Positions 31,624 through 40,648 of a DNA stretch of 64,000 nt are shown here, one piece after another. Position numbers and translations under genes: made by a program. Under the pieces are notes generated by a model, which was not told the origin of the DNA, did no database searches, and saw only the letters and a program-made list of their open reading frames with translations. The stretch comes from Alphaproteobacteria bacterium (GTDB lineage Bacteria > Pseudomonadota > Alphaproteobacteria > UBA828), in contig CBDCCI010000002.1 of NCBI GenBank assembly GCA_965214705.1, positions 1,024,001 to 1,088,000 of the forward strand, given 5' to 3'. Numbering within the stretch: the stretch's first letter is position 1; every line of letters begins with the position of its first letter.

Positions 31624-33651
31624 TCAGTCGTCCTCCTTCGCTGCGGCGAGCACGTCGTCGGCCAGCCGCCCGGTGAGCTCCTGCAGGCGGTCGAACTGGG
31701 CTTCGAAGGTGCCGACGCCCAGGGTGAGCGAGCGTAGCTCGATGATCAGGTCGTGCATCTCCGCCTGCGGCATCTGGCTCGTCACCTCGTCCCAGCCGGA
31801 CCAGTCCTCGCGCGTCTGGAAACCCAATACCTGGCCGCGGCGGCCGGTCACCAGGCGCTGGACGTTGGGCGTGAACTCGCTCGGTATCGAGATCCTGACC
31901 TCGCAGATGGGCTCCAGCAGCACCGGGTTGCACTTGGGCAGGGCTTCGGCCATCGCCATGCGGCCGGCGGTCTTGAAGGCCATCTCCGAGCTGTCGACGG
32001 AATGGTGCTTGCCGTCGGTGAGCGTCACCGAGACATCGACGACCGGGAAGCCGAGCGGCCCGCTGGTGAGAAAGTCGCGCACGCCGGCCTCCACCGCAGG
32101 GATGTACTGGCGCGGCACGGCGCCGCCGACCACCTTTTCCTGAAACTCGAAGCCGGTACCGCGCGGCAGCGGCTTCACGTCGATGTGCACGTCGCCGAAC
32201 TGGCCGTGGCCGCCGGTCTGCTTTTTGAAGCGCGCGTGCTGGGAGACCGGCTTTCGGATCGCCTCCTTGTAGGCGACCTTCGGCCGCTCGGTCTGCAAAC
32301 TGAGCCCGTACTTGCCGGCGAGGCGATCGAGCGCGACCTTCAAGTGCATCTCGCCCTGGCCCCAGAGCACCGCCTCCTGGGTGTCGGGATTGGGCTGGAA
32401 GCTGAGCGACGGGTCTTCCTGGGCCAGGCGGCTCATCGCGCCCGACACTTTGACCTCGTCCTCCCGCCGACTGGCCCGCACGGCATAGGCGTACACCGAG
32501 GACGGCAGGTTCGCCCGCGGCATCGGCTCGACCTCGGGCCCGTCGGCGGGAGCGACGGTATCGCCGGTGGAGATGGATTCGAGCCGCCCGAGACCGACGA
32601 TCTCGCCGGCTTGCGCCTTGTCGATCTTGTTCTGCTGCTGGCCCTGCATCCGGTACATCCCGCCGATGCGCTGGCCGTCGTTGAGCGTCATGCCGTCTTC
32701 GATAGTTCCCGCCCAGACCCGCGCGAGCGATACCTTGCCGCCGTGCTGGGTCATGTAGGTCTTGACGACCTGTGCGATCGAGGCGCCGTCGGCACCGGCC
32801 GGCAGCCGCCGCGACGCGAGCGCGTCGCCGGGCGCGAAGTCGATCAGCGATTCCAGCAGGCGGCGCACGCCCCAATCCCGCTCCGCAGACCCCATCATCA
32901 CAGGTACCACTGCCGCATCCGCCAGCACACCGCGCAGGTAGGCCTGAATCTCCTCGGGCTCTGGAATCTCGTCCTCGAGCAGGCGTTCCAGGAGCGTGTC
33001 GTCGAAGTCCGCCAGGCTCTCGAGTAGCTGCGTGCGCGCGTCCTCCCGGCGTTCCGAAACCTCATCCGGCGCGTCGACGCCAACAGCACCGTCCTGGTCG
33101 CGATATTCGTAGGCCTTGCCGGTAATCAGGTCGACATAACCCGTGACGCTGTCGCCGTCGCGGATTGCGACCTGGCAGGGCACCAGCGGTCGGTCGCTGA
33201 CCGGCTGCACCGCCTCGATCAACTCCGCGACCCGCACCGCCGTCTCGTCCATCCTGTTGGTGAATACGACGTGCGGAATCTCGTGCTGAGCCAGGTACTT
33301 GAAGAGCCGCCCCATGGTCCAGACCCGGTTCGTGTCGGGCGTGCACACGATGACCGCGAGATCGACGCCCATGAGCGCATTGGCGGTCTCGGCGAAGAAC
33401 TCGATCGAGCCCGGACAGTCCAGGATCGTGAAGTGGCGGTCTCGGTACTCGAACGAGGCGGCGTTGACCTCTACGCTCGACTGGCGCCCGCGCGCCTCGT
33501 CGGACCAGTCGCCGACCGTATTGCCGTCCGTGACCTTGCCCTTGCGGCCGATTGCACCGGCCACGAACAACATGCTTTCCAGTAGCGTGGTCTTGCCGCT
33601 CGTGTAGGGGCCGACAAGCGCAATGTTCAGCGCCCCGGTCGAATCACTCAT
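31624..33651 (-). CDS. Elongation factor G-like protein (EF-G2 paralog)
   Basis: Five-domain EF-G architecture (GQGEMHL, KKQTGGHGQFGDV, HSVDSSEMAF, LLEP) with divergent G motifs (GPYTSGKTT, DCPGS, NRMD). Not in the str operon. Confidence 0.92.
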   Translation of the reverse strand: MSDSTGALNIALVGPYTSGKTTLLESMLFVAGAIGRKGKVTDGNTVGDWSDEARGRQSSVEVNAASFEYRDRHFTILDCPGSIEFFAETANALMGVDLAVIVCTPDTNRVWTMGRLFKYLAQHEIPHVVFTNRMDETAVRVAELIEAVQPVSDRPLVPCQVAIRDGDSVTGYVDLITGKAYEYRDQDGAVGVDAPDEVSERREDARTQLLESLADFDDTLLERLLEDEIPEPEEIQAYLRGVLADAAVVPVMMGSAERDWGVRRLLESLIDFAPGDALASRRLPAGADGASIAQVVKTYMTQHGGKVSLARVWAGTIEDGMTLNDGQRIGGMYRMQGQQQNKIDKAQAGEIVGLGRLESISTGDTVAPADGPEVEPMPRANLPSSVYAYAVRASRREDEVKVSGAMSRLAQEDPSLSFQPNPDTQEAVLWGQGEMHLKVALDRLAGKYGLSLQTERPKVAYKEAIRKPVSQHARFKKQTGGHGQFGDVHIDVKPLPRGTGFEFQEKVVGGAVPRQYIPAVEAGVRDFLTSGPLGFPVVDVSVTLTDGKHHSVDSSEMAFKTAGRMAMAEALPKCNPVLLEPICEVRISIPSEFTPNVQRLVTGRRGQVLGFQTREDWSGWDEVTSQMPQAEMHDLIIELRSLTLGVGTFEAQFDRLQELTGRLADDVLAAAKEDD

Positions 33652-33852
33652 GCTATCTCCCTTTACCCAGAACCGCGCCGGCGGGCTTCGTTCCGCGGTC
33701 GCGGGGCGGGCATGTTTCCAGTGCCCCGGCCGGAATGCAACCGCGATTAGCGCTCGATCCGCAACGAGAGAGCGGGGCGGCCGGCCCAGTCTGGCGTGGC
33801 TAGGGTGGGGCGGCTATGGTGCCTGCGGTTTGGCTGCGAGGATGGGCTTCGG

Positions 33853-34596
33853 TTGAGCATCTGGGGCAAGATCATCGGCGGCGCCGCAGGGTTTGCGCTG
33901 GGCGGTCCCATCGGCGCGATTCTGGGCGTGGCCGCCGGCCATTTCGTGGACCGGATGGCCACCGGCCGCCGCGTCCGGCGCATCGGCGCGGGCGATCAGG
34001 AGACCAAGCAGGCCGCAGTCTCGATCGCGCTGGTGGTTCTTGCCGCGAAGATGGCGAAGGCCGATGGCCGCGTCACCCGCGAGGAGATCGACGCGTTCAA
34101 GCGGGTCTTCGCCGTTCCCCAAGCCCATGCTGCCGCGATCGGGCGGATCTGGGACGAGGCACGGCGCGAGGCGACCGGCTTCGAGCCCTACGCAGAGCAA
34201 ATCGTGCAGATCTTCCCGCACGACACCACGATGCGGGAGGAAATGCTCGGCGCACTCTTCCAGATCGCCATGGCCGACGGCGAGCTGCACGAAGGGGAGC
34301 GCGCCTACCTTACCCGCGTCGCCCAAATCTTCGGCTTCGACGAGCGCAGCTTCGCGCAGATCATGTCGCGCCACATGGGTGGCGGCGAGGCCGACCCCTA
34401 TCAGGTGCTCGGCGTCGAGCCCAGCGCCTCGGACGACGAGATCAAGCAGACCTACCGCCGGCTGATCCGCGAGCATCACCCCGACAAGCTCATCGCCGAG
34501 GGCATGCCGGAGGAGATGGTCCAGGTTGCGAACGAGCAGATGGCCGCGATCAACGCGGCCTATGACAGGATCGCCAAGCTTCGCGGGCTGCGCTGA
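33853..34596 (+). CDS. djlA: DjlA co-chaperone (TerB + J domain)
   Basis: SIWGKIIGG..GFALGGPIGA, AKMAKADG and J-domain HPD. TTG start. Confidence 0.92.
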   Translation: MSIWGKIIGGAAGFALGGPIGAILGVAAGHFVDRMATGRRVRRIGAGDQETKQAAVSIALVVLAAKMAKADGRVTREEIDAFKRVFAVPQAHAAAIGRIWDEARREATGFEPYAEQIVQIFPHDTTMREEMLGALFQIAMADGELHEGERAYLTRVAQIFGFDERSFAQIMSRHMGGGEADPYQVLGVEPSASDDEIKQTYRRLIREHHPDKLIAEGMPEEMVQVANEQMAAINAAYDRIAKLRGLR

Positions 34597-34664
34597 TCGC
34601 GCTTACCACGCGCTGAGCGCGCCCGCGCCGCCGTTACGCCCGCTTCCGCTGCGCCCGCCGCCCA

Positions 34665-35537
34665 ATGCCGCCGAGTCATATTGCGATCGCGCTCGGCACG
34701 GCCTTGCTCTGGGGCTTTGGCTTCGTGACCAGCAAGTACGGCGCGGACCACATGCCGCCGCTGTTCTTCCTGGCGCTGCGCTTCACGCTGATGGCGCTGA
34801 TGCTGCTCTGGTTCGTGCGCCCGCCTGCCGGCCGCTGGCTCGCCGTGGGCCTCTTCGCGCTGACCATGGGCGTCGGGCATTTCGGCCTGTTTTACGTCGC
34901 GCTCAACATCGGCGTGGAGGCCTCGACGGCGGCGATCATCTGGCTCACACAGGTGCCCCTCAGCGCTCTGCTGGCGGGAATCGTCCTGCGCGAGCGTCCG
35001 GGCTGGATGGCGCACCTGGGCATCGCCATCGCGTTCGGCGGCGCCGTGCTGCTGGTCGGCGAGCCGCGCCACACCGGCAACGCGGCGGGCATCGCGCTCA
35101 TGTTCGGCTCCAGCATTGCATGGGCGGTGGCGAACGTGCAGGTCAAGCGCCTCACCGATATCTCCCCGCTGGCGCTGAACGGCTGGATGTCGGCGATCTC
35201 CGCCATGCTCCTGTTCCCTCTCTCCTTCGCTCTGGAGGAGGGGCAGATCGCGAGCCTGCTGCAGCCCGACTGGCGCCTGCACAGCTCGCTGGTCTATCAG
35301 GTCGTGGGCTCCACCCTGCTGGCCTACTGGGCCTGGTACTATCTGCTCGCGCACAACAAGGTGGCGACGGTGGCCGGCTTCATGCTGTTGGTGCCGGTGG
35401 TGGGCGTGATCTTCGGCGTCTTCATCCTGGGCGATCCGATCACCTGGCAGACCCTTGTGGGCGGCGCGATCATCGTCTCCGGCGTGGCCCTCATCGTCCT
35501 CAAGCGCGCACCGGCGCCTGCGGTGACGAGCCGATGA
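34665..35537 (+). CDS. EamA/DMT family transporter
   Basis: About ten hydrophobic segments in two repeats, with LWG..F, ALRF and LRER motifs. Confidence 0.9.
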   Translation: MPPSHIAIALGTALLWGFGFVTSKYGADHMPPLFFLALRFTLMALMLLWFVRPPAGRWLAVGLFALTMGVGHFGLFYVALNIGVEASTAAIIWLTQVPLSALLAGIVLRERPGWMAHLGIAIAFGGAVLLVGEPRHTGNAAGIALMFGSSIAWAVANVQVKRLTDISPLALNGWMSAISAMLLFPLSFALEEGQIASLLQPDWRLHSSLVYQVVGSTLLAYWAWYYLLAHNKVATVAGFMLLVPVVGVIFGVFILGDPITWQTLVGGAIIVSGVALIVLKRAPAPAVTSR

Positions 35538-35577
35538 CGTCGAATTCGGAATCGACTGCGGCGAGGGAGGTCGGTGC

Positions 35578-36348
35578 GTGAGCGATAAGACCGTTGCCGG
35601 GCGCGCTGTGGTCGACATGCCTTCGCCCAACTGGGACGAGCGGCCTGCGGCTGCCGGGCCGGTCGATACGCTGGTGCTGCACTACACGGGCATGGTCTCG
35701 GCCGATGCTGCGCTCGCACGCATGACGGACCCTGCGGCCAAGGTCAGCGCACATTGGTGCATCGGCGAGGACGGCATCCTCTGGCGGCTGGTGCCCGAGG
35801 AACACCGCGCCTGGCACGCCGGGGTGAGCAACTGGCGCGGCCGCCGCGCGGTGAACGATTTTTCGATCGGAATCGAGCTGGTCAATCCCGGCCACGAGCA
35901 CGGCTACCGCCTGTTCCCCCCCGCACAGATGGATGCCCTGCTCGACCTCGCCCGTGCCATCGTCGCGCGTCATCCCATCGACCCCCGCAACGTGGTGGGG
36001 CATTCCGACATCGCGCCGACGCGCCGGCAGGACCCCGGCGAGCTTTTCGACTGGGTGCGTCTCGCCCAGGCGGGCATCGGCGTCTGGCCCGAGGGTGCGG
36101 CGGCGGCAGTTCAAGAAGACCCGCCGCTGCGCCAGGGCCACCGGGGCGCTGCCGTGCGGCGACAACAGGAGCGCCTGCGCGCGATCGGCTACGGCATCGT
36201 GGCCGACAGCGATTTCGGCGCGACCACCGCGGCCGTCGTGCGCGCGTTTCAGAGACACTTCCGCCAGGCCTGCGTCGATGGCGCGATCGATGCCAGTACG
36301 GCCGCCGTCATCGGCCAGGTGCATGCGCTCGCGCTCGGGCAGTCCTGA
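35578..36348 (+). CDS. N-acetylmuramoyl-L-alanine amidase (AmiD/AmpD type) with PG-binding domain
   Basis: SPNWDER, VLHYTGM, VSAH, RAWHAG, SIGIELVN, GHSDIAP.R.DPG and AFQRHFR. Confidence 0.93.
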   Translation: MSDKTVAGRAVVDMPSPNWDERPAAAGPVDTLVLHYTGMVSADAALARMTDPAAKVSAHWCIGEDGILWRLVPEEHRAWHAGVSNWRGRRAVNDFSIGIELVNPGHEHGYRLFPPAQMDALLDLARAIVARHPIDPRNVVGHSDIAPTRRQDPGELFDWVRLAQAGIGVWPEGAAAAVQEDPPLRQGHRGAAVRRQQERLRAIGYGIVADSDFGATTAAVVRAFQRHFRQACVDGAIDASTAAVIGQVHALALGQS

Positions 36349-36390
36349 GACGGGCTTGACCGGGTCCGAGCGCGCGCGTAGTCAGGGCGG

Positions 36391-36795
<405 letters not shown>

Positions 36796-36901
36796 GTTTC
36801 TCTCCTCGCGGACCCCAATATATGGGGCAGTCTGAATACCAGTACACTATATATTCCCCCATCGACTGTTGTCCTGGCAGTCGATTCCAGTACTGATAAT
36901 A

Positions 36902-36916
36902 GAACATAAAGAGAAC
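36902..36916. promoter_or_regulatory. Alphaproteobacterial LexA (SOS) box
   Basis: GAAC-ATAAAGA-GAAC matches GAAC-N7-GAAC with an AT-rich spacer. Confidence 0.6.
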
Positions 36917-37060
36917 ATATAGTTGATATCGGCCGAGACTTGATTCCTCTCTCCCGATAACTGGCGCTCTAGCCTTGGTCTCAGGCCTTCCTCCCAAATC
37001 AGATCAGAGTGGTCGGGCCACTGTTCTTGCGTGTTCGCCTGAACACTTGAAATTTTGTCT

Positions 37061-37110
37061 TGCATCCATGATTTCCCATGAGATACCATGCTGTCCCATA
37101 GCATCCCGGA
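37061..37110 (+). promoter_or_regulatory. MraZ-binding direct repeats / dcw promoter
   Basis: CCAT at 37066, 37076, 37086 and 37096 (exact 10-bp period, TGGGA-like on the minus strand), upstream of mraZ. Confidence 0.75.
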
Positions 37111-37183
37111 TCAGAGCGGGAACAGACGGAGACGGAAACGAGCGACGGCACGGCGAACAGGGCTCGCGCCCGAGGAGCAGGCG

Positions 37184-37630
37184 GTGGCTGTCTTTGCCAA
37201 TACGTTCGTTAACAAGGTGGATCGGAAGGGACGGGTCTCCGTCCCCGCCTCCTTCCGCAACGAGCTGGGCCGGCAGTCCTCCCTCGGAATCGCGGTCTAC
37301 CCCTCCGTCGACAAGAGCCCGTCTCTGACCGGCTGTGGCGAGGATCGTCTCAGAAGCATGAGTGACGCCCTGGGCGGCGATGATCCATTCGACACTGAAT
37401 CCGTCAGCAAGCGCATGAGGCTTTTCCCCGCCGTCCAGCGCCTTCCCCTCGACGCAGACGGTCGGGTGCTCCTGCCGCGCGACCTGCTGGACCATGCCGG
37501 GATCACCACCCATGCCGCATTTGCGGGCATGGGCCGCGACTTCCGAATTTGGGAACCCGAGACCCTCGAAGCCGCCCGGAAGGCGGAAGAGGAGCGAACC
37601 TCCGAGCCGGAACCGGGAGGCGATCGATGA
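37184..37630 (+). CDS. mraZ: Division/cell wall cluster regulator MraZ
   Basis: NKVDRKGRVSVPA.FR, DADGRVLLP and F.IWEP. GTG start with GAGGAG RBS. Confidence 0.93.
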   Translation: MAVFANTFVNKVDRKGRVSVPASFRNELGRQSSLGIAVYPSVDKSPSLTGCGEDRLRSMSDALGGDDPFDTESVSKRMRLFPAVQRLPLDADGRVLLPRDLLDHAGITTHAAFAGMGRDFRIWEPETLEAARKAEEERTSEPEPGGDR

Positions 37631-38598
37631 GCGTCTCGCCCGGTCACGTCCCGGTCATGAAGGACGCGATGCTCTCCCTCATCGCGCCCCAGGACGGCGG
37701 CGTCTACGTGGACGGCACCTTCGGCGGCGGCGGCTACAGCCGGGCCCTGCTGGAGGCTGCCTCCTGCGTGGTCTACGGGATCGACCGCGATGCCGACGCT
37801 CTGCGTGCAGGCGACGCGCTTTCGGTCCGGTTCGGGGGCAGGCTGATCCTGCTCCACGGCCGCTTTTCCGAGATGGCAACCCTGCTCGCGTCCTACCGCG
37901 TGAGCGCGGTGGACGGGATCGCCCTCGATCTCGGCCTCTCCTCCCTCCAACTCGACGACGGCGCGCGGGGTTTCTCGTTCCGTTTCGACGGCCCCCTCGA
38001 TATGAAAATGGACCGGGACGATCCGGGGCCGACGGCGGCCGACCTAGTCAATGGCGAGTCCGAGGCCGAGCTGGCCGCGATCATCGCCGGCTTCGGCGAG
38101 GAGCGCCGCGCCCGCGCCATCGCACGGGCCATCGTCGCGGCCCGTGCCGACGGACCCATCGCCACGACCGGCCAGCTCGCCGAGATCGTCCGGGGTGCGG
38201 TGGCGCGACGGCGGCCGGGCGGGATCGACGCAGCGACTCGCACTTTTATGGCCCTCCGCCTCCGCGTTAACGACGAGATTAACGAGATCGAGCGGGGGCT
38301 CCGCCAGATCGAGCGGCTCCTGCGGCCGGGTGGGCGCGCCATCGTGGTGTCCTTTCACTCCCTTGAGGACCGCCCGGTGAAGCGCTTCTTCCGTGAGCGC
38401 AGTGGTGGGCGGCAGCCCAATCGTCACGAGCCGCCCGCTGCCACGAAATCGCCCGATCCGACCTTCAGACTGCTGACCCGCCGGGCGCGCAAGCCCGACG
38501 GCGCGGAAGTCTCGGCCAACCCCCGGGCGCGCTCGGCACGCCTGCGCGCGGCGGAGCGGACCGCCGCGCAGCCGTGGCACGAGAGGCTCGTCGCATGA
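37627..38598 (+). CDS. rsmH: 16S rRNA m4C1402 methyltransferase
   Basis: HVPVM, DGTFGGGGYS, DLGLSSLQLD..RGFSF and NPRARSARLR. Confidence 0.96.
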   Translation: MSVSPGHVPVMKDAMLSLIAPQDGGVYVDGTFGGGGYSRALLEAASCVVYGIDRDADALRAGDALSVRFGGRLILLHGRFSEMATLLASYRVSAVDGIALDLGLSSLQLDDGARGFSFRFDGPLDMKMDRDDPGPTAADLVNGESEAELAAIIAGFGEERRARAIARAIVAARADGPIATTGQLAEIVRGAVARRRPGGIDAATRTFMALRLRVNDEINEIERGLRQIERLLRPGGRAIVVSFHSLEDRPVKRFFRERSGGRQPNRHEPPAATKSPDPTFRLLTRRARKPDGAEVSANPRARSARLRAAERTAAQPWHERLVA

Positions 38599-38912
38599 TG
38601 CGGCACCTGGTCCTCATATCGATCGCAGCGTTCGTCGTCGCGATGCTCGCCCTCTTCCTCGTGAAGCACGAGGTGAGGGGGCTGGAGCACGAGCTCGCGG
38701 CGCTCGAGCACGAGCGTCAGAGTCACGTCGAGGCGATCCGTGTGCTCCGCTCCGAGTGGAGCTACCTGACCCGCCCCTCCAGGCTCGCGGCCTTGGCCGA
38801 GCGCCACCTCCCGCTTGAGCCGGTAGCGCCCGCGCAGGTCCGCTGGCTGCCCCAGCGGCCGTCCGGGGCTTCCGCATTTGTCACGCCCATCGGCGGCGAG
38901 AGGGAGCTGTGA
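38595..38912 (+). CDS. ftsL: Cell division protein FtsL
   Basis: TM helix plus coiled coil, LRSEWSYLTRP.RL. Position between rsmH and ftsI. Confidence 0.88.
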   Translation: MMRHLVLISIAAFVVAMLALFLVKHEVRGLEHELAALEHERQSHVEAIRVLRSEWSYLTRPSRLAALAERHLPLEPVAPAQVRWLPQRPSGASAFVTPIGGEREL

Positions 38913-40648
38913 GGGACCTCGCGACCCGGCGCTGGTGGCGCCGCGGATCGACCTCCCGCCGTGAGGACGCGGCGGCGCAAGCACAGCCCGCGCTGCTGGA
39001 GCGCGCCCGTGGCCGCCTGCTGGTGACCGGCGTGATCTTCCTGCTCTGCTTCGGTGCGCTGGTGGTTCGCACCCTCGACGTGGCGGTGATCGGCGCACCC
39101 GTCGACATCAGCACCGCCGGAGATGCGAGCGCCTTCGACCCCGGCGCGCGGGCTGACATCGTGGACCGCCACGGCGTTCTCCTGGCGTCGAACCTGCCTA
39201 CGCATGCCCTCTACGTCGAGCCCGGCAAGATCTTCGATCGCGAGGAGGCCGTGGCCGCGCTCGGTCGCCTGTTCCCCGATCTCGACCCGGAGCGCACGGC
39301 CTCTCTCATCGCATCCGGCAAGAAGAGCGCCCTCTTGCGGCACGACCTCACGCCCGAGCAGGCGCACGCCATCAACCGGCTCGGCATCCCCGGTCTCTGG
39401 CTGGAACGCCAGGAACAGCGCGTCTATCCGCAAGGGCGCCTCTTTGCCCACGCGGTCGGGTTCACGGACGTGGACAATCGCGGTCTCGCCGGCGTCGAAA
39501 AGGCGGCCGACGCGGAGCTGCGGCGCCGTGCCGAAGCGCACAGCGGCCCGCTTGCGCTCTCGCTCGACATCCGGGTCCAGCACGCTCTCGCCCAAGCGCT
39601 CCAGCACACCATGACCGCCCATCGCGCGCTCGGCGCCGCCGGCATGGTGATGGACGTGGAGACCGGCGAGCTGCTGGCCCTGGTCAGCCTCCCGTCGTTC
39701 GATCCCAAGGCGCCGGATCGCAGCCCGGCAGAGACCCTCTTCAACCGCGCCACGCTGGGCACTTACGAGCTCGGCTCCACCTTCAAGCCCTTCACCGTGG
39801 CCGCGGCTCTCGACCTCGGCATCGCCGGCATCGAGGACAGCTACGACGCCACCGAGCCGATCAGGGTCTCGCGCTATCTGATCCGCGACCATCATCCCGA
39901 GAATCGTTGGCTGACGGTGCCGGAGATCCTCATTCATTCCTCCAACATCGGCGCGGCGCGGATGGCGGTGGATGTGGGCGCGGAGCGCCAGCGTGCCTTC
40001 CTCGACGCGCTCGGCATGTTCGAGCGGATGCCCCTGGAGACGTCCGAGCGCGGCCGGCCCCTCGCGCCCCGGCGCTGGTCCGAGCACACCACGATGACGG
40101 TGAGTTACGGCCACGGGCTCGCGGTGACGCCGCTGCATCTGCTCGCGAACTACGCCGTGCTGGTCAACGGTGGCATCACGGTGACGCCGACGCTGCTGAA
40201 GCGCGAGCCGGGTGAGCAACTGGTGCAGCGGCGGGTCATCAGCGCGGAGACCTCCGCCGTCATGCGGATGCTGCTCTACGCCGTGGTGGCCGAGGGCACC
40301 GGCAAGAATGCCGCGGTTCCCGGCTACTTGGTGGGCGGCAAGACCGGCACCGCCGAGAAGGCCATCGGCGGCAGGTACAAGCGCGACAGCATGATCACCA
40401 ACTTCGTGGGCGTCTTTCCCATCGACCGGCCCCGCTACGCGGTGCTCACGATGATGGACGAGCCCAAGGGGACCAAGGAGACCTACGGCTTCGCGACGGC
40501 GGGCTGGACTGCGGCGCCGGTCGCCGGCGCCGTCATCGAGCGCATCGCGCCGCTTCTCGGCGTACCGGCCATCGTCGAGCCCGATGAAACCGAAGAGGAG
40601 CCTGCGTTCGCCCGGTGGGACGGCGCGGGACGTCATGCGTCTTACTAG
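38909..40648 (+). CDS. ftsI: Penicillin-binding protein 3
   Basis: RADIVDRHG, GSTFK (SxxK), SSN and KTGT. Confidence 0.95.
   Translation: MRDLATRRWWRRGSTSRREDAAAQAQPALLERARGRLLVTGVIFLLCFGALVVRTLDVAVIGAPVDISTAGDASAFDPGARADIVDRHGVLLASNLPTHALYVEPGKIFDREEAVAALGRLFPDLDPERTASLIASGKKSALLRHDLTPEQAHAINRLGIPGLWLERQEQRVYPQGRLFAHAVGFTDVDNRGLAGVEKAADAELRRRAEAHSGPLALSLDIRVQHALAQALQHTMTAHRALGAAGMVMDVETGELLALVSLPSFDPKAPDRSPAETLFNRATLGTYELGSTFKPFTVAAALDLGIAGIEDSYDATEPIRVSRYLIRDHHPENRWLTVPEILIHSSNIGAARMAVDVGAERQRAFLDALGMFERMPLETSERGRPLAPRRWSEHTTMTVSYGHGLAVTPLHLLANYAVLVNGGITVTPTLLKREPGEQLVQRRVISAETSAVMRMLLYAVVAEGTGKNAAVPGYLVGGKTGTAEKAIGGRYKRDSMITNFVGVFPIDRPRYAVLTMMDEPKGTKETYGFATAGWTAAPVAGAVIERIAPLLGVPAIVEPDETEEEPAFARWDGAGRHASY

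Noticed and set aside
31616-32875. Apparent 420-aa N-terminal extension of MlaA
   Set aside because: Alternative frame inside the EF-G paralog. Arg/Ala-rich nonsense; MlaA has its own ATG at 31615.
37023-37046. Second LexA-like site GTTCTTGCGTGTTC
   Set aside because: Spacer is 6 nt, not 7. It is better explained as part of the GTGTTC/GAACAC hairpin.
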